Of a DNA stretch of 64,000 nucleotides, positions 62,476-64,000 are shown piece after piece. Position numbers and translations under genes: made by a program. The stretch is from the human T2T-CHM13v2.0 reference genome, Homo sapiens: assembly GCF_009914755.1 (NCBI RefSeq), contig NC_060947.1. The stretch is one strand, 5' to 3'. Under the pieces are notes generated by a model. It searched no databases and was not told the origin of the DNA. It was given only the letters and a program-made list of their open reading frames with translations. Numbering within the stretch: position 1 is the first letter of the stretch; each line of letters begins with the position of its first letter.

Positions 62476-63903
62476 CAGGGAGGCTCACAGTCAAGAAGCA
62501 GGGGTTTTAGGTTTGTTTCTGCTAGTGCTGTGAAAAACACCATTGTCGATTTCCTAGGGACTCACTGCATTGAACGTGTAACGGCTTTGTGTAGCACCTA
62601 CGTGTTAACCGTCTTCCCGTCCATGAACACGGGATGTGTCTGCATTTATTGGTCTTCTGCGTGTTTCATCAGTGTTTGATTGGTTTCAGTGTGCACACCT
62701 TTCACCTCCCTGAATAAACGTATTCCAAGGGTTTTATTCTTGTCCTGGTATTCTAAATATGTTGGTTTCCCGGGTGTCTTTTTCGCATAGTTTGTTGTTC
62801 GGGCATAGAAAAGCGAGTGATTTTCACATGTTGCTTTTCACTCTGTAACTTTGCTGAGTTTGTTTATTGGTTTTGACCATTTTTTGGTGCAGTGTATATC
62901 AGGGTTTTCTCTAGGTGAGATCATGTCATCTGCAAGCCGAGAAAATTGAGCTTCTTAGTTTCCAATTTGAATCCTTTTTATTTCTTTTCTTAAAATAGGT
63001 GATCAAATCGGCACGTGGCTGTGCCCACGAGGGTTGTTTGGCATGTGGGTGTGCTGGTTTGGCAGGCCAGAAATTTTTATTTCTAAGAGTTTATCCCACT
63101 CCACACCCTTCTAGGTTTTAGAATTGAAAAAATACCTCTTGTTTAAGGTAGATCCCAGCCCTGCTTTTACGCGTTGGATCCTTCGCGGATCCTTCACCAC
63201 TGCCTTCACTATGTGAATCAGCCCTTTCTCCCTCAAGGGAGAGCATCTCCGATTAATTTGATTCCCAAGTGGGGGCATACATGGGCACCAGCCCATATGC
63301 GTGCGTGCATGCGTGCACGCACACGCACGCGCACACACGCACACACACGGGACACACAACCACGTGTCGATTTGGTCATGTGTTGTAAGAAAAAGAAATA
63401 AAAGGCGCCAAACTAGACAGTAAGAAGCTCAATTATCTCTGCTTGCTGATGGCATGAAGTCACATAGAGAAAACCCTGATGTGCACTGCACCAAAAAACG
63501 ATCAAAACCAATAGACAAAGTCAGCAAAGTTGCGGAATGGAAAAGCAACATGCGAAAATCTCTCGCTTTTCTATGCCTGAACAACAAACTATCCCAAAAA
63601 GACACCCGGGAAACCAACATATTTAGAATATCAGGCCAAGAATAAAACCCTTGGAATACGTTTATTCAGGGAGGTGAAAGGTGTGCACACTGAAACCGAT
63701 CAAACACTGATGAAACAGGCAGAAGACCAAAAAATAGAGACACATCCTGTGTTCACGGACGGGAAGACAGTTAACACATAGGTGCTACCCAAAGCTGTTA
63801 CACATTCAATGCAGTGAGTCCCTAGGAAATCGACAATGGTGTTTTTCACAGCACTAGCAGAAACAAACCTAAAACCCCTGCTTCTTGACTGTGAGCCTCC
63901 CTG
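62476..63903. repeat. Local inverted repeat: arms ~62476-62992 and ~63386-63903, spacer ~390 bp
   Basis: CAGGGAGGCTCACAGTCAAGAAGCAGGGG...GCATTGAA is exactly mirrored at 63903 and inward; inner arms are diverged old L1 ORF2 sequence. Confidence 0.92.
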
Positions 63904-64000
63904 TGAGCCTTGACTGTGAGCTACCCAAAGCTGTTACAGGTAAAACGCAGTGAGTCATGCCACCGCCCAGCATCCAGGGACAACTGTCCCTAGAAGGCAT

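Overview
Primate (most likely human) genomic DNA, consistent with the Xq13.1 CXorf49/CXorf49B ampliconic region. The first ~27.6 kb is one imperfect inverted duplication centred on a ~125-bp MIR spacer (12595-12719), and its left arm runs off the window edge. The right arm carries an intact 6-exon CXorf49-family gene, which I reconstruct as 514 aa from canonical splice sites. The left arm carries a head-to-head, frameshifted, internally deleted copy. The arms are a mosaic of clearly diverged and near-identical tracts, with arm-specific insertions (a BC200 retrocopy and two AluY). Next is a minus-strand betaretrovirus-like provirus (probably HERV-K HML-6/LTR3, 28114-34501) with a tRNA-Trp PBS. 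In it, ~1.45 kb of non-viral, 3'UTR-like sequence replaces CA/NC-pro-RT, all three integrase DDE codons carry G-to-A changes (APOBEC3-like), and the LTRs are almost identical. The rest is repeat-dense (L1, Alu, MaLR, MER21, MADE1). It includes an ancestral-type NDUFA4 processed pseudogene, two twin-primed 5'-inverted L1PA insertions and a terminal ~0.5-kb-arm inverted repeat whose spacer holds a third copy of an unexplained ~250-bp element from the CXorf49 amplicon. Family names and identity estimates are by eye and memory, not database searches.
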